The notes below the pieces were generated by a model, which did not search any database, was not told where the DNA came from, and saw only the letters and a list, made by a program, of their open reading frames with translations. Both the position numbers and the translations under genes were made by a program. DNA of 63,658 nt, filler included, from Octopus bimaculoides (taxonomy: Eukaryota): assembly GCF_001194135.2 (NCBI RefSeq). It is 9 parts of 8 records of this genome, joined end to end, with 100 filler letters (N's around TTAATTAATTAA, not from the genome) between each part and the next. Parts side by side here need not be neighbours in the genome. Positions count along the whole stretch, not along the records: positions 8,314 to 16,395 come from NC_069000.1; positions 16,496 to 22,856 come from NC_068997.1; positions 22,957 to 27,005 come from NC_069005.1; 6 more parts are not named here. One strand, 5' to 3'. Shown here in pieces: positions 11,560 to 25,857 of the stretch (position 1 is its first letter; each line of letters opens with the position of its first letter).

Positions 11560-11890
11560 GAAACATAGATGGTAAAGTTGATAGGTGTGCTGAAGACCCA
11601 CCCAACCATGAAGTCAAAGCTTCATAACGGTATTACTAATACATGCAATGATACAGATTTGATAGAGTACTAAACTTACCGTCCAGCCATGAGGACTGAT
11701 ATTTTATATCTTGTCACCAATACATGAAACATAGATGGTAAAGTTGATAGGGCATTAGACACCCACCTAGTCATGATGACAGAGTTTTAAATACTATTAC
11801 CTGAGTGTGCAACAGATGGTAAGGTTGATAGGGTAAGAAGCACCCATTCACTCAGCCATAAGGCCAGAAGGTTGTATCTTATCACCGGTA
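11560..11890. repeat. Degenerate ~84-bp tandem repeat, about 4 units
   Basis: gaaacatagatggtaaagttgatagg identical at 11560 and 11726, variant at 11811. Confidence 0.6.
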
Positions 11891-12013
11891 TTTCATCGTA
11901 ACTGTGATAAAATCTCTAAACATTTTAACAATTAACCCTTTTGATACAGACCTGCTTGAAACTGCCCTTGATTCTACAATACAAATTCACTGTTTTAAAC
12001 CTTTAGCATTTAA

Positions 12014-12398
12014 ACTCTCTTTACTCTTTTACTTGTTTCAGTCATTTGACTGCGGCCATGCTGGAGCACTGCCTTTTAGTCGAGCAAATCGGCCCCAGGA
12101 CTTATTCTTTGTAAGCCTAGTACTTATTCTATCGGTCTATTTTGCCGAGCCGCTAAGTTACGGGGACATAAACACACCACCATCGGTTGTCAAGCGATGT
12201 TGGGGGGACAAACACACACATACATATATACATATACATATATACGACAGGCTTCTTTCAGTTTCCATCTACCAAATCCACTCACAAGGCTTTGGTCGGC
12301 CCGAGGCTATAGTAGAAGACACTTGCCCAAGGTGCCACGCAGTGGGACTGAACCCGGAACCATGTGGTTGGTAAGCAAGCTACTTACTACACATGGCT
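12014..12398 (-). mobile_element. SINE family 1, full-length copy
   Basis: Reverse complement of the 34221-34632 sequence. Confidence 0.9.
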
Positions 12399-15331
12399 AC
12401 ATCTGGCTGAAATATTCTACCTGTTTTAGGTTTAAACTGGCCAGCTCCAGCCCTTCATACCTTCTCCACAATATCATTCTGAAAATAAACAGTCACATTA
12501 TTGAAGTCACAAAGGTGTGAGATGATGCATTATTAATTCTAAATAGTGAAATTCCACCGAATACAAATACAATACAAATTCACTTTGCCTTTCATCCTTT
12601 CGGGGTCAATTAATAAAAAACCAGTTGCGTACTGGGGTCGTTCTAATTGACTGACCCCCCTCCCCATAAAAATTTCGGGCCTTGTGCCTAGACTAGAAAA
12701 GAATTCTAATTAGTGAAGGTGCATGGCCTAGCGGTTAGGCTATTGCACTCATAATCACTAGATCATAGTTTCAATTCCCTGACTGGGCACCGTTTTGTGT
12801 TTAAAAGCAAAACACTTCATTTCACATTGCTCCAGTTTATCTTCGATCAGGGGGGAATGTTGGCCTGTAGGGTGGCATCATTGAAGGTTAAAACAATACA
12901 AAAGTACATTGTGACCAGCGATGTGTAACAATGTCTAATAGCCTGTGTAACAACGTTTAATAACCTGGAAAAATAAGCTTTACATTTGACAGACTAATCT
13001 TTAGTTCAGTTCAGTACTAAAGGGTTGAAGTGATCTAAATTAAAACCTTACTTTAAGTTTCCTGTTAATTTATACTCCAAACATCAGTTTAATAATGACA
13101 AAGCTCTCCTAATAAATTCTTGATAATTTTCCAAATTACCTGAAGCAAACAGTGTATTTTAATAAAAATATGGTAATGAAAAGGTTAAATCAGTTATAGC
13201 AGGCACAGGTATTCTTCCTGTTTTACATTCAGACTGGCCAGATCCAGCCTCTCACACCTACCTTACAATGTTATTCTGAAAATAAGCAACCACATTATCG
13301 CTATTTCAAAGCTATATGATGACGTCTGGTTAATTTAAAAGAATGTGAATAAATAAGCATTGCATTTGACAAAGTAATCTGAATGCTAAAAGAATAAATC
13401 TAAAAGAAAATAGTCTTTGAATAAAAATAATTTCATGTCCACTAAGTTCAGTCATCAGTTCACCATGAGGAATGTTCACTGCAATCCCCAAGCACACATT
13501 TTGATCTCTATTACTTTCGTTTTTCTTTTGCAATAAAATAGATTTTAACTATTAATGTTGAGATACTATGGATATATTTTCTTGGTAAACTTTCCTTGCA
13601 GTGAATTTTCTTCACAGTGAATTGATGGTGGTGAACTTACCTGTAATCAAACAATTTATACTATAAATGGTGATAGACTCTAGTTAACTGTGACTGAACA
13701 AAGGTAGTCTAGCCATGACCATCCTGTCTGTATAGGTATATATATAGGATTTCATTGGTTTCAAATATTTGGCACAAGGCCAGAAATTTCAGGGGAGGGG
13801 GCAAGTTGATTGCATCAACCTCAATGCTCAATTGGTACTTATTTTATCAACACCTGATAGGATGAATTATAAAGGTGACCTTGGTAGAATTTGAACTCAG
13901 TATTTAAAGGCAGACAAAATGCCACTAAGTACTTTGTCCTGAGTACTAACGATTCGACCAGCTTGCTGTCCTATGAAGGATTATATCATCAAGTCTGTTC
14001 TTTTCTGATTTCAGGACCTAGGTTATGTTATGAAGGAGATGTGAACGCTATTTCTAGCAGGTTGAGTAGGCATGAAGATATTCTTTAATAGGTGTGCAGA
14101 ACCCCTTGTATATTTAACAAGTAGCTGTTATAGTTGCCTGATCCAGAAAAATCTATGATCAAATGTGTTATAGCCATAACTATCAGACTGTTTTAATGGT
14201 ATTTATTGAGTTAAACTCCTGATAGCATAACTGAAGGAGGGAACCAGCTCCATTTAGCTGAATTAGCTGTTCTAGATGTACACTGTTTGAAAACAAGATG
14301 TTTGTTCGTGTCACATAAAGCCTGACTGCTTATAATAGAAACAGTATATATTCTTTTATTGCTTTAATATCCATTGATATTACCGGAGTAAATCAGACTG
14401 GAGTCTGGTGCAGCCCCTAAGCTTATCAGCCCTGATCGAACTGTCCAACCCATGCCATCATGGACAATGGACGCTAAATGATGATGATGATGATGACGAT
14501 TTGTTTTATTGCTAGTTACCAGATTAGTGGCTGGGTGTCACTTATTTTCTACACATTGCGAGCTGGAGTGAACTACTGCTATCCACCACCAAGGATGAGC
14601 ACAAAGAGCTCTAAACTGTACAACCTGGTGGTCTTGTGGCTGGAAGACGGTGGAGGTTAACTCCCCTGTTTGCAATATATATCAGGTGCAGATTGCATCA
14701 AATTACCAGCTCTAGGAGGCATCTTCCATTGGGTTCAAACAGCAGTAATGTCGGTTCCTATGGAACAGCCATGTTGAAGTGGCAATAAATATTACTTCTC
14801 AATATAATTACTGCTTTCATTGTTTATAGAGATTTTCTAACTTACTGATTTGTTTTATCAAATGGTTTGTACATATTTCCACAAGTATTATATTAGATTT
14901 TCCATGGCAGTATATTGGTTTTTAGGTGCATTTAAAAATTTTTTAATACTTTTAATTTCTATACTTTTAAATATGTTCACTGAGACCAACAAATTGACTG
15001 AGGTCTTTTATTATCATTTCCAATAATTTCTTTAAAAATGAAAATGACACAAATTCAGAAAAGAAAGAACTCAAAATAACATACATAAAGGCTTGCCTGT
15101 ATTATTGTCAGAGAATCTCTTCAGAGTTACATAAAAGAATTAAAAGATTAGGATTAAGAAAAAGATTACATCTTGGAAGGCTGAGAATATACTTCCAAGC
15201 CCAAGAAACTTGATCCCTTGGGAACTTCTCAGCTAAAAAAAAAGTAAAAAATATTTTTTAAAAATTAAAAAATTATAGTAAAAGGGAAGAGGAAATTATC
15301 CACTGCCCTTTCATTGACCCTAACCTTCTTC

Positions 15332-15383
15332 ATGAGTCATGACCTTTATTTGTTTTCTGACCTTTTTCTCTGTATTGACCTTT
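15332..15383. promoter_or_regulatory. AP-1 palindrome plus three TGACCTTT (reverse AAAGGTCA, NBRE-type) sites at 18-bp spacing
   Basis: ATGAGTCAT 15332-15340; TGACCTTT at 15340, 15358 and 15376. Motif match only. Confidence 0.35.
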
Positions 15384-16120
15384 CAATTAAATTAGGTTTA
15401 GGGATTTGAAGAATTCTTTAGAATGTTCTTTGAATGAAGTTATTAACTTAAAGGGTAATCGAATCTTATCTTGCATACATACGCTTACACGTATACACAT
15501 TCACGCACACATACATGCATTCGTATACATGTACGTCTGCATACACTTATTTACGCACATGCACAAGCTTTTCTACATTCACACACATGTGTGTGCATTT
15601 GAGTGTGTGTGTGTGTGTATGTGTTTGTGTGTGTGCGTGTGTGTGTGTACATATCCTCTTAAATATGCATCTTCCTAAATATAAATCCTTGCACCAATTG
15701 AAGCAAAAACTTATCCACACACACACGCGCACACACACACACACACACGCACACACACAAGATGCTCTCATAATCTTTATATGTTTGCATATACAGGTGT
15801 TTGTACTCACATGAGGTCTCAGTTGCATGTGTTCATACAATGATATAACACACATACATACACAAAGATATGTATAAATGTGTGCATGTGTGTGTGTGTT
15901 GGGGGGGAGGTACGTGTTAAGTAGATGTATGTAAAAGAGAGAGAGAAATTATGCAGACATGGCCTTGTTGTTAAGAAGTTCATTTCTCAGTCATATGTAT
16001 TCAGGTTCAATCCCATCGCAAAGTACCTTAAGAAAATTCATGTTTCTACTCTACAGCAAGACACCTATCCTTGTCCCTTTCTACCTTTAATCTCTCAAAT
16101 GCACACAGCCGAAGGTGTTG

Positions 16121-16152
<32 letters not shown>

Positions 16153-16299
16153 GGTGGTGGCGGCAGCGGTGGTAGTGATGATGATGGTGATGATGATGAT
16201 GATGAATAAGCAGCAAACTTAAGAAATAAGTACTGGAGGCAGACGGTGCTCCAGCATGACTGCAGTTTAATAGCTGAAACAAGTAAAAGATGAAAAATA

Positions 16300-16335
<36 letters not shown>

Positions 16336-16495
16336 ACGCGTCCATGAATAATATGTATCTAGATAAGTATATATGTATATGTGTGTGTATATATANNNNN
16401 NNNNNNNNNNNNNNNNNNNNNNNNNNNNNNNNNNNNNNNTTAATTAATTAANNNNNNNNNNNNNNNNNNNNNNNNNNNNNNNNNNNNNNNNNNNN

Positions 16496-16741
<246 letters not shown>

Positions 16742-17019
16742 TGAGAGAAAACAGAGCTGGTTGGAAAGATCATGTTGCGACCTCATGTTTCACATGGCTC
16801 GGAGAAAACCAACTGGGGTTAAAGGTGCCAAACCGGGTAAAGGATTACATCTACCACCTATGCAGAATTCGAACCCAGAACATAACGATCCGAAATAATT
16901 ACTGCATAGTATCTGGTTTAACGACCAACTGTTTGCGTTGGTTCGGTTTTACCCCCCCCCCCCCAAAAGATAAGAGATAAAATTGACCTCAGAAGGACAT
17001 ATACGATATTTGAATGTGA

Positions 17020-17335
17020 AGGCGTGTGGCTAGTAGTAAGGGTATGCGGCTCACGATTGTAAGGTCGTGAGTTCGATTCCCAGCAGCGTGTTGTGTCCTT
17101 GAGCAAGACACTTTATTTCATGTTGCTCTAATCCATTAAGCCAGCAAAAATGAGCTGTAGCAGTAATTCAAAGGGCTAGTCTTGTCACATTCTGTGTCAT
17201 ACTGAATTTCCCTGTGAACTACGTTAAGCGTACGCGAGTTTGTGGAGTACTCAGCCTCTTGCACGTTAATTTTACGAGCAGGTTGTTCCGTTGATCAGAT
17301 CAAGTAAAACACTCATCGTCGTTACCGACGGAGTA
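17020..17335 (+). mobile_element. SINE family 3 copy
   Basis: B box GAGTTCGATTCC, CORE-like gtgtccttgagcaagacactt, 3' end ...gtcgttaccgacggagt. Confidence 0.8.
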
Positions 17336-17623
17336 CCTGTTAGAATAAAAGGCAGGATTGTCATAGCTGAAACGCCATTTATTGTACATCTGCTGGATCC
17401 GAGCTGGTCTGAGGCTAAACTATTACGACAAATACTGCACCTACTATAATATTTTTTGTCTTGTAATGCCAACCATCACTTGCGAGCGAGTATCACCTGG
17501 TAGCTTGTACAATGCATCTGATAATTGTTTTAGGTGCCTATGGAGTCGAAAGCAGACATAAACAACCCCTTTCGAATCTTTTGCTTTTTGACCCCACCGA
17601 ACATTAGAAAGAGGGATAGTGTG

Positions 17624-17658
17624 AGACAGAGAGAGAGAGGGAGAGAGAGGGAGAGAGG

Positions 17659-17692
<34 letters not shown>

Positions 17693-17843
17693 TAGACAGA
17701 TAGACAAACAGAGACAGAGTAAGACAGTTTGTGTGTGTGTGAGAGAGAGAGAGAGACAGACAGACAGAGAGACAGAGAGAGAGATAGACAGACAGACAGA
17801 CAGACAGAGACAGAGACAGACAGAGACAGACAGAAACAGAGTA

Positions 17844-17892
<49 letters not shown>

Positions 17893-18108
17893 CAGAGAGA
17901 CAGACAGACACAGAGACAGACAGAGACACAGTAAGACACAGAGACAGATAGACAGAGACAGAGAGAGACAGTGAGACAGACAGAGAGAGACAGTGAGACA
18001 GACAGAGAGATAGAGACAGACACAGAGACAGACAGAGACACAGTGAGACAGAGAGAGAGAGAGAGAGAGGCAGACAGACAGAGACAACCAGAGACAAAGA
18101 GAGAGAGA
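17624..18108. repeat. Compound (GA)n/(GACA)n low-complexity tract
   Basis: Seen directly; source of several spurious track ORFs. Confidence 0.95.
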
Positions 18109-21101
18109 TGCACCAGTACTTGGCTGGTACTCATTTTCAGCTGAATAGACTGAAGCAACAGGAAATAAAGTACCTTTGTTCAAAGTACATCATTTCGCAG
18201 CGAATAGTTCAGGAATTGAACCGACGATACTGTGATCGTGAGACAAACACCCTAAACATAAGACCGTTAGAGGAAGTTCGAATGCAGTCAGACTCCACTT
18301 CAAATCACACCCCTATTGCTATCAAAAGAAAGACGATGATAATTTGGCCAGTTTTCACTATTTTATCATCAGTAAGGCCGCGAACTGACAGAATCGTTAC
18401 CGCATCGGACAAAATGTTTAGTGGCATTTCTTCCGTGTTTACGCTCTGAGTTCAAATGCCGCCGACGTCGACTTTGCCTTTCATCATTTCGAGATCCATA
18501 AAATAAGTACCAGTCGAGCACTGGGGTCGATGTAATCGACTTACACCTTCTCCTGAACTTCCTGGCCTTGTGCCAAAATTTGAAACTATTATGAGTAAGG
18601 CGACGAACTGACAGAATTTTTACCGCGCCGGACAAAACGCTTAATGGAATTTCACCCATCTTCATGTCCTGAGTTCAAATTCCACCGAGGAAGATTTGGC
18701 TTTTCCTCCTTTCGGGATCGATAAAATAAGTACCAGGTGAGCATGTAATCGACTTAACCCCTTCCCCCAAATTGCTGGCCTTGTGCCAAAATTTGAAACC
18801 AATATTCTATTATTAGTAGCAATTATTGTGCGAAGGTGTGTGGCTTAGTGGTTAGAGTGTTGCATTAATGAGCGTAAGATTGAGGTTTCGATTCCTGGAC
18901 AGAACGATACATTGTGTTCTTGAACAAACCACTTCATTTCACGTTAATCCAGTTCACTCACCAGCAAAAATCTGTAATCCTGCGACAAACCGGCGTCCCG
19001 TCTAGGAAGAAATATATACTCCAAAGAATCCAGAAAACTGGCCTCGTGCATCTATAGCTCAGAAAAGACCCCTTACCAACTATTATCATACCTAACGGAC
19101 TTATATTCATACGATTCCCTAGTCTACGGCACATGCTCTGCCATCCGTAATACGACCGCATTAAACGCAGTACAATTTTTAGAGACATTTAAAATTAGAA
19201 AATCGCGTCTCAAACGCCGGAAAATAAGTACCAGTCTCATAGTTTTCAATGAAACATTGACACAATGAGTGACCTAACCATGTTCTATGAAACCTAAGCA
19301 TGATCCTTTCATCAACCCAAAGACGTTCCAACCGTATCCATCTCAACTTTTTACTAAGTACTAAGCATTGAGTGTGCATATAACGGTTTCAAATTTCGAT
19401 TATAAGGAGCCCAGTGCGTAACTGGTACTTATTTAATCGACTCCGAAAGGACGAACGGCAAAGTCGACCTCGGCGGATTTTGAACTCAGAACGTAACAGC
19501 AGACGAAATACCGCTAAGCATTTCGCCCGGTGTGCTAACGTTTCTGCCAGCTCGCTGTCTTCGAAGTCTGTAAATATTATTTTATTATATTATTACGTTC
19601 TATAATTTCCATTTCTTAAGATTGTAAGGTATGATTTCATTGATATTTGGTTACTGTTTCTAGCAGATCGATTGAATTCTGAGATCTCTCTATTTTAAGA
19701 CACAAGACCGGTTTGCTGTAGATTCGACGCCCCTATATAGCGGATAGTTATTTTATCGAACCGCGTTAGGTACCTGACTAAAAGCTGGGGGTAACGGGAA
19801 TAGAATACAATTCCCTGTGGGTACTTTATGATGTACGAGATACTCCGTAGTTTGCACTACAGAGTACGAGTTTACTGGAAGAATCTGGTGTCTGCTGAAA
19901 GTCTTGGAGTGTTTCAACCAGCAGCCATTCGATAATACCTTTCCATTCTTTAAATACATACTAACTGACCTATGGTACCCATTGAACTTACTCCTCTCTC
20001 TCTCTCTCTCTCTCTCTCCCTCTCTCTCTCTCCCTCTCCCTCTCTCTCTCCCCCTCTCTCTCCCACTCACTCTTTCTATCTATCTATATCTATCAATATG
20101 TATGTTTGTGTTTGTATATATATACATATGTACATATATATCTATATACATATATATCTATATATATATGTATATANNNNNNNNNNNNNNNNNNNNNNNN
20201 NNNNNNNNNNNNNNNNNNNNNNNNNNNNNNNNNNNNNNNNNNNNNNNNNNNNNNNNNNNNNNNNNNNNNNNNNNNNNNNNNNNNNNNNNNNNNNNNNNNN
20301 NNNNNNNNNNNNNNNNNNNNNNNNNNNNNNNNNNNNNNNNNNNNNNNNNNNNNNNNNNNNNNNNNNNNNNNNNNNNNNNNNNNNNNNNNNNNNNNNNNNN
20401 NNNNNNNNNNNNNNNNNNNNNNNNNNNNNNNNNNNNNNNNNNNNNNNNNNNNNNNNNNNNNNNNNNNNNNNNNNNNNNNNNNNNNNNNNNNNNNNNNNNN
20501 NNNNNNNNNNNNNNNNNNNNNNNNNNNNNNNNNNNNNNNNNNNNNNNNNNNNNNNNNNNNNNNNNNNNNNNNNNNNNNNNNNNNNNNNNNNNNNNNNNNN
20601 NNNNNNNNNNNNNNNNNNNNNNNNNNNNNNNNNNNNNNNNNNNNNNNNNNNNNNNNNNNNNNNNNNNNNNNNNNNNNNNNNNNNNNNNNNNNNNNNNNNN
20701 NNNNNNNNNNNNNNNNNNNNNNNNNNNNNNNNNNNNNNNNNNNNNNNNNNNNNNNNNNNNNNNNNNNNNNNNNNNNNNNNNNNNNNNNNNNNNNNNNNNN
20801 NNNNNNNNNNNNNNNNNNNNNNNNNNNNNNNNNNNNNNNNNNNNNNNNNNNNNNNNNNNNNNNNNNNNNNNNNNNNNNNNNNNNNNNNNNNNNNNNNNNN
20901 NNNNNNNNNNNNNNNNNNNNNNNNNNNNNNNNNNNNNNNNNNNNNNNNNNNNNNNNNNNNNNNNNNNNNNNNNNNNNNNNNNNNNNNNNNNNNNNNNNNN
21001 NNNNNNNNNNNNNNNNNNNNNNNNNNNNNNNNNNNNNNNNNNNNNNNNNNNNNNNNNNNNNNNNNNNNNNNNNNNNNNNNNTATATATATATATATATAT
21101 A

Positions 21102-21309
21102 TGCGACGGGGTGCTGAAAGGTTTCTGACTTTGAGTAAAAGAAAATACAGGTGGATCAGTTAATTATGATTTTATTCGACAGATCCACACATTTATTGTA
21201 GCACTCCTTCAGTGTTTCTAAGCCCTGTAAAAGAACTCGGCTGGTCGGGCTTCCAGCCAGGCCTTTTGCGACACCCTTAAAGCGAGGAAATTTTCAGCTA
21301 CCCGTCGTA
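21102..21309 (-). mobile_element. Mariner-derived MITE, same family
   Basis: Ends cgacggggtgctgaaagg...ttttcagctacccgtcgta; interior is the reverse complement of the 51473 family. Confidence 0.75.
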
Positions 21310-21496
21310 TAAGTATATATGTATGTATGTATGTATATCTACCAATTTGTCTATTGTTTTTAATGTGTGAGTGTATACATATGTACATCTATCAATTTTG
21401 TGTACGTGTGTGTATATATAGATATATGTATGCATGTATGTATGTATGTAAATATATAATATATACATATATATCAATCTATTCTTCTATTTGTCG

Positions 21497-21543
<47 letters not shown>

Positions 21544-21608
21544 AGTCTTTCTATCAATTTATCTCTTACGTCCCCATCAAACCCTTTTGGTGATCCAAAG
21601 CATAAGTC

Positions 21609-21640
<32 letters not shown>

Positions 21641-22030
21641 TTACTGCATCCCAGGTAAATCATGATTTTGCAGGCTATAATTAAGGACGTTCCAGCCAGG
21701 ACCTCCCTCTTTTGTCTTTACATTTTCTCTTTTTTCTTTTTTTTTTTTTGTCTGAGTATTTTGAAGAATACATCATTTCACGCATCCATCTCCTAGATTC
21801 AAAACGGTGGTGAGGGATGTTATGTACATTTGGCTGCTATTTCTAGCATTTTTTAATGACCACGTAAATATCCTAATATATCTGTGTGTATGTAGGTACA
21901 TTCTTGTGTACGCATACTTGAGTATTTGTCTGTGCGTGCATCTATCTGTGTCTGTGTGTTTGTCTGTACAGTACGTGCAGATATATCCTCACCTTTAAGT
22001 TGTCTGTAAAACCATTTATAATGCGTTAAT

Positions 22031-22449
22031 ATTCTTTTCTGCTCTAGGAACAAGGCCCGAAATTTTTGGGGAGGAGGACCAGTCGATTATATCGACCCCA
22101 GTACGCAACTGGTACTTAATTTATCGACCCCGAAAGGATGAAAAGCAAAGTCGACCTCGGCGGAATTTGAACTCAGAACGTAAAGACAGACGAAATACCA
22201 CTAAGCATTTCACCCGGCGTGCTAACGTTTCTTATTTCTTTATTGCTCACAAGGGGCTAAAACATAGAGGGGACAAACAAGGACAGACAAGGGGATCAAG
22301 TAGATTACATCGACCCCAGTGCGTAACTGGTACTTAATTTATCGATCCAAAAAAGGATGAAAGGCAATGTCGACCTCGGCGGAATTTGAACTCAGAACGT
22401 AAAGGATTTCGCCCAGCGTGCTAACGTTTCTGCCAGCTCACCGCCTTAC
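22031..22449 (-). mobile_element. Dimeric family-2 SINE with an 11-bp target-site duplication
   Basis: aatgcgttaat at 22020-22030 and 22450-22460 flanks two monomers; the right monomer lacks the A box. Same junction architecture at 39590-39847 (+). Confidence 0.85.
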
Positions 22450-22820
22450 AATGCGTTAATGTTGTTATATAAATATCTGGTTTTAAATGTATTTTATGAT
22501 AATTCATATTTTTTATTATTTATTTCCCTGTAAATTTTCCGTGTTTAATAAACTTTTAATCTTTCGACATGGCTGAGTGGGGCTCAGAAGCTCACTTTTG
22601 CAGCCATGTAGTAGTTTCGTGTTCAATCCCACCGCACATCAAGTTGCGTAAGTATCTTCTACTATAGCCCCGGGCCGAATAAAGCCTTCTGAGTTAATTT
22701 GAGAGGCGAAAACGCATATGCATACATGCATTCAAAAATGATATATATCTATATATGTATATACACATGCATGTGTGTGTGTTTGTGTGTGTGTGGGTGT
22801 GGGTGTGTGTGTGGGTGTGG

Positions 22821-22856
<36 letters not shown>

Positions 22857-22956
22857 NNNNNNNNNNNNNNNNNNNNNNNNNNNNNNNNNNNNNNNNNNNN
22901 TTAATTAATTAANNNNNNNNNNNNNNNNNNNNNNNNNNNNNNNNNNNNNNNNNNNN

Positions 22957-22997
<41 letters not shown>

Positions 22998-23037
22998 TAT
23001 ATATGAGTGCATGTGTTTATGTACGCGTGTATGTATA

Positions 23038-23075
<38 letters not shown>

Positions 23076-23432
23076 TGTGTGTGTGTGTGTTCATATATAT
23101 GTTTCTTAAGCAGCAACAGATATATCTTAATGTCTTGCTCATTATCATTCAGGCCCTAAGCTCTCAGGCCATGCTGGGGCACCGCCATCTAATTAGTTCC
23201 GTATCTGAAAACAGTTTTGTTTCATACGTACGTACACACACATACATACGCACATATATACATACATACATTCACACATACATACATACATACGTTCATA
23301 TATGAGAAAATGTTGCATCACCTGATGCGTGTATGAGTGTATATTTACACACAAACATATATACATACACCTCCATTCACATACAATGCCTATCTATATC
23401 TATATACATACAGATATATATACATATATGTA

Positions 23433-23472
<40 letters not shown>

Positions 23473-23876
23473 TATATATATATATGTACCTATCTGTCTA
23501 TTTATGCATATATATATATATGTGAGCGTGTGTGTGTGTATGTGTATACACGAAGATTTTTTGACACGGCTTTTGAAATATAACTGTGTTGTATAACATT
23601 GAACTTTGTGTAACTCATGTGATACGCTGAAATATAACATTCCGAGCCTATAAATATGTTCCAGTCCTCAAAATGAAATGATTACCAAACGTTCTCTATA
23701 TGGAGAGCGTAAGTTGTTATATAATATTTTATAATACGTCGTATATAGCACGAAACTTTGAGCAACTCATCTACGATAGTGAAATGCGTACATACATATA
23801 TACATACATACATTCACTAATACATACATACACTAATACGTACATATATACAAACATACATGCATACAAACATATT

Positions 23877-23913
23877 TCTTTCTGTTGAAGAGCGTAGCTC
23901 GAAACGTTAAAGA
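23877..23913 (+). ncRNA. Hammerhead-like motif with variant core (CUGUUGA)
   Basis: UCUUU | CUGUUGA | A | GAGC-gua-GCUC | GAA | ACGU | U^ | AAAGA. All three stems intact; core position 6 is U instead of A. Confidence 0.55.
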
Positions 23914-25174
23914 CTTTCTCTATTCCCGAGCGTTAAACTAATACATCCTTTTGTTGTTTACACCACCTGTCCTCGTCTGTTGTTGTTTTTTCGTAAATTC
24001 TCCTATATATGTATATATACATATGTATGTACGTGTGTTACAAAGCAATATAAATAGAGCACTCAATACATTACATAGAGTGTTAAACCTTTGTGGTTCA
24101 GTTTCCGTTTAGCAAAATGTCTCGTTGACAATCAATATTTGTGAAGGAGAGGCCATTGCATACAAGCGGAGGCAGATGATCGCGTAGAGAGCATCTTAAC
24201 TGCACAGTCATGTCTTATCGCTTACAAATAAACGATTCCTGTTTCAGAACAGTTCATATTTACGTCTTCAAGTGTTTCAAGTTGTTAGTTCCTCTCCATA
24301 AATGACGGTGTTTTTTCCTTGACTCATCGCCGGTAGTTTATTCATGTATTGTTCACGTGACACCCAATGGTCGTCTGCAGTCAGTCCGGACTTTCTCCAT
24401 AGTCCGGTGACGTCGTTTTTTTTGGGGTTTTTTTTTTCATTCTTTGTGCATCATGCGACAGGGGTGTTGTTACTGCCGATACTGTCATCGTTAGTGACGA
24501 TAGTAAAGGTCCGTGGCTTAGTAGTTACGACCGTAAGGCCGTGAGTTCGATTCCCGGCGTGCGTTGTCTCCTTGAGCACGACACTTTATTTCTCGTTGCT
24601 CCAGTCCACTCAGCAGGTGAAAATGAGTTGTACCTCGGTTTCAAAGGTCAGCCTTGTCACAGATTGTGTCAAACTGAACCACCTAGAGAACTACGTTAAG
24701 AGTACGAGTGATTGTGGGGTACTNNNNNNNNNNNNNNNNNNNNNNNNNNNNNNNNNNNNNNNNNNNNNNNNNNNNNNNNNNNNNNNNNNNNNNNNNNNNN
24801 NNNNNNNNNNNNNNNNNNNNNNNNNNNNNNNNNNNNNNNNNNNNNNNNNNNNNNNNNNNNNNNNNNNNNNNNNNNNNNNNNNNNNNNNNNNNNNNNNNNN
24901 NNNNNNNNNNNNNNNNNNNNNNNNNNNNNNNNNNNNNNNNNNNNNNNNNNNNNNNNNNNNNNNNNNNNNNNNNNNNNNNNNNNNNNNNNNNNNNNNNNNN
25001 NNNNNNNNNNNNNNNNNNNNNNNNNNNNNNNNNNNNNNNNNNNNNNNNNNTTTTAAAAAAAATGTAATTAAAAGAAAAGTTCATAATTGTTTCTTACTGG
25101 TGTCAACAGTGTCCACGTGGGAGCGTTTTTTGTGTGGGAACATAATGGCTGTCTAGTGTGTTTTATATATATAT

Positions 25175-25290
<116 letters not shown>

Positions 25291-25820
25291 CTCTCGCTTT
25301 CTCTTTCTCACGCATATATGCCTACGTACATATATATATACATATGTATGTACATATATATCTGTGTGCGTGTATGTGTGTGTGTGTTTATGTATTTACT
25401 TATGTGTATGTGTGTGTCCTTATGTTTGTGTTTGTCCCACCACCACTACGGCGTTTATGCCTACGTAACCTAGCGGTTTGGCAAAACTAGACTGATGGAA
25501 TGTGTACTAGGCTTAGAAATAAGGCGTAGCATCCACTTGTTCGACTAAAATTCTTCAGTGCGTTGCTCCAGCTAGGTCGCAGCCCGAAACTGAACCAAGT
25601 AAAAAAATAAAAGATACATGCATACAACCACGCAAGTATGCACGCACACACACACACACACACACATACACACACACATACACACACACATACACACACA
25701 CATACATATGTATGTGTGTGTGTTGTATTGTTGTATTGTATCATAGAACAGACAGACAGACAGACAGACAGGCAGACAGGCAGGCAGGCAGACAGACGGA
25801 TAGACAAACAGACAGGCAGG

Positions 25821-25857
<37 letters not shown>

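Noticed and set aside
13641-13679. Strong minus-strand donor ATTACAG|GTAAGT in phase 1 as a cadherin upstream exon
   Set aside because: No ATG, an in-frame TAA just upstream, a weak acceptor, and adjacent repeat-derived sequence.
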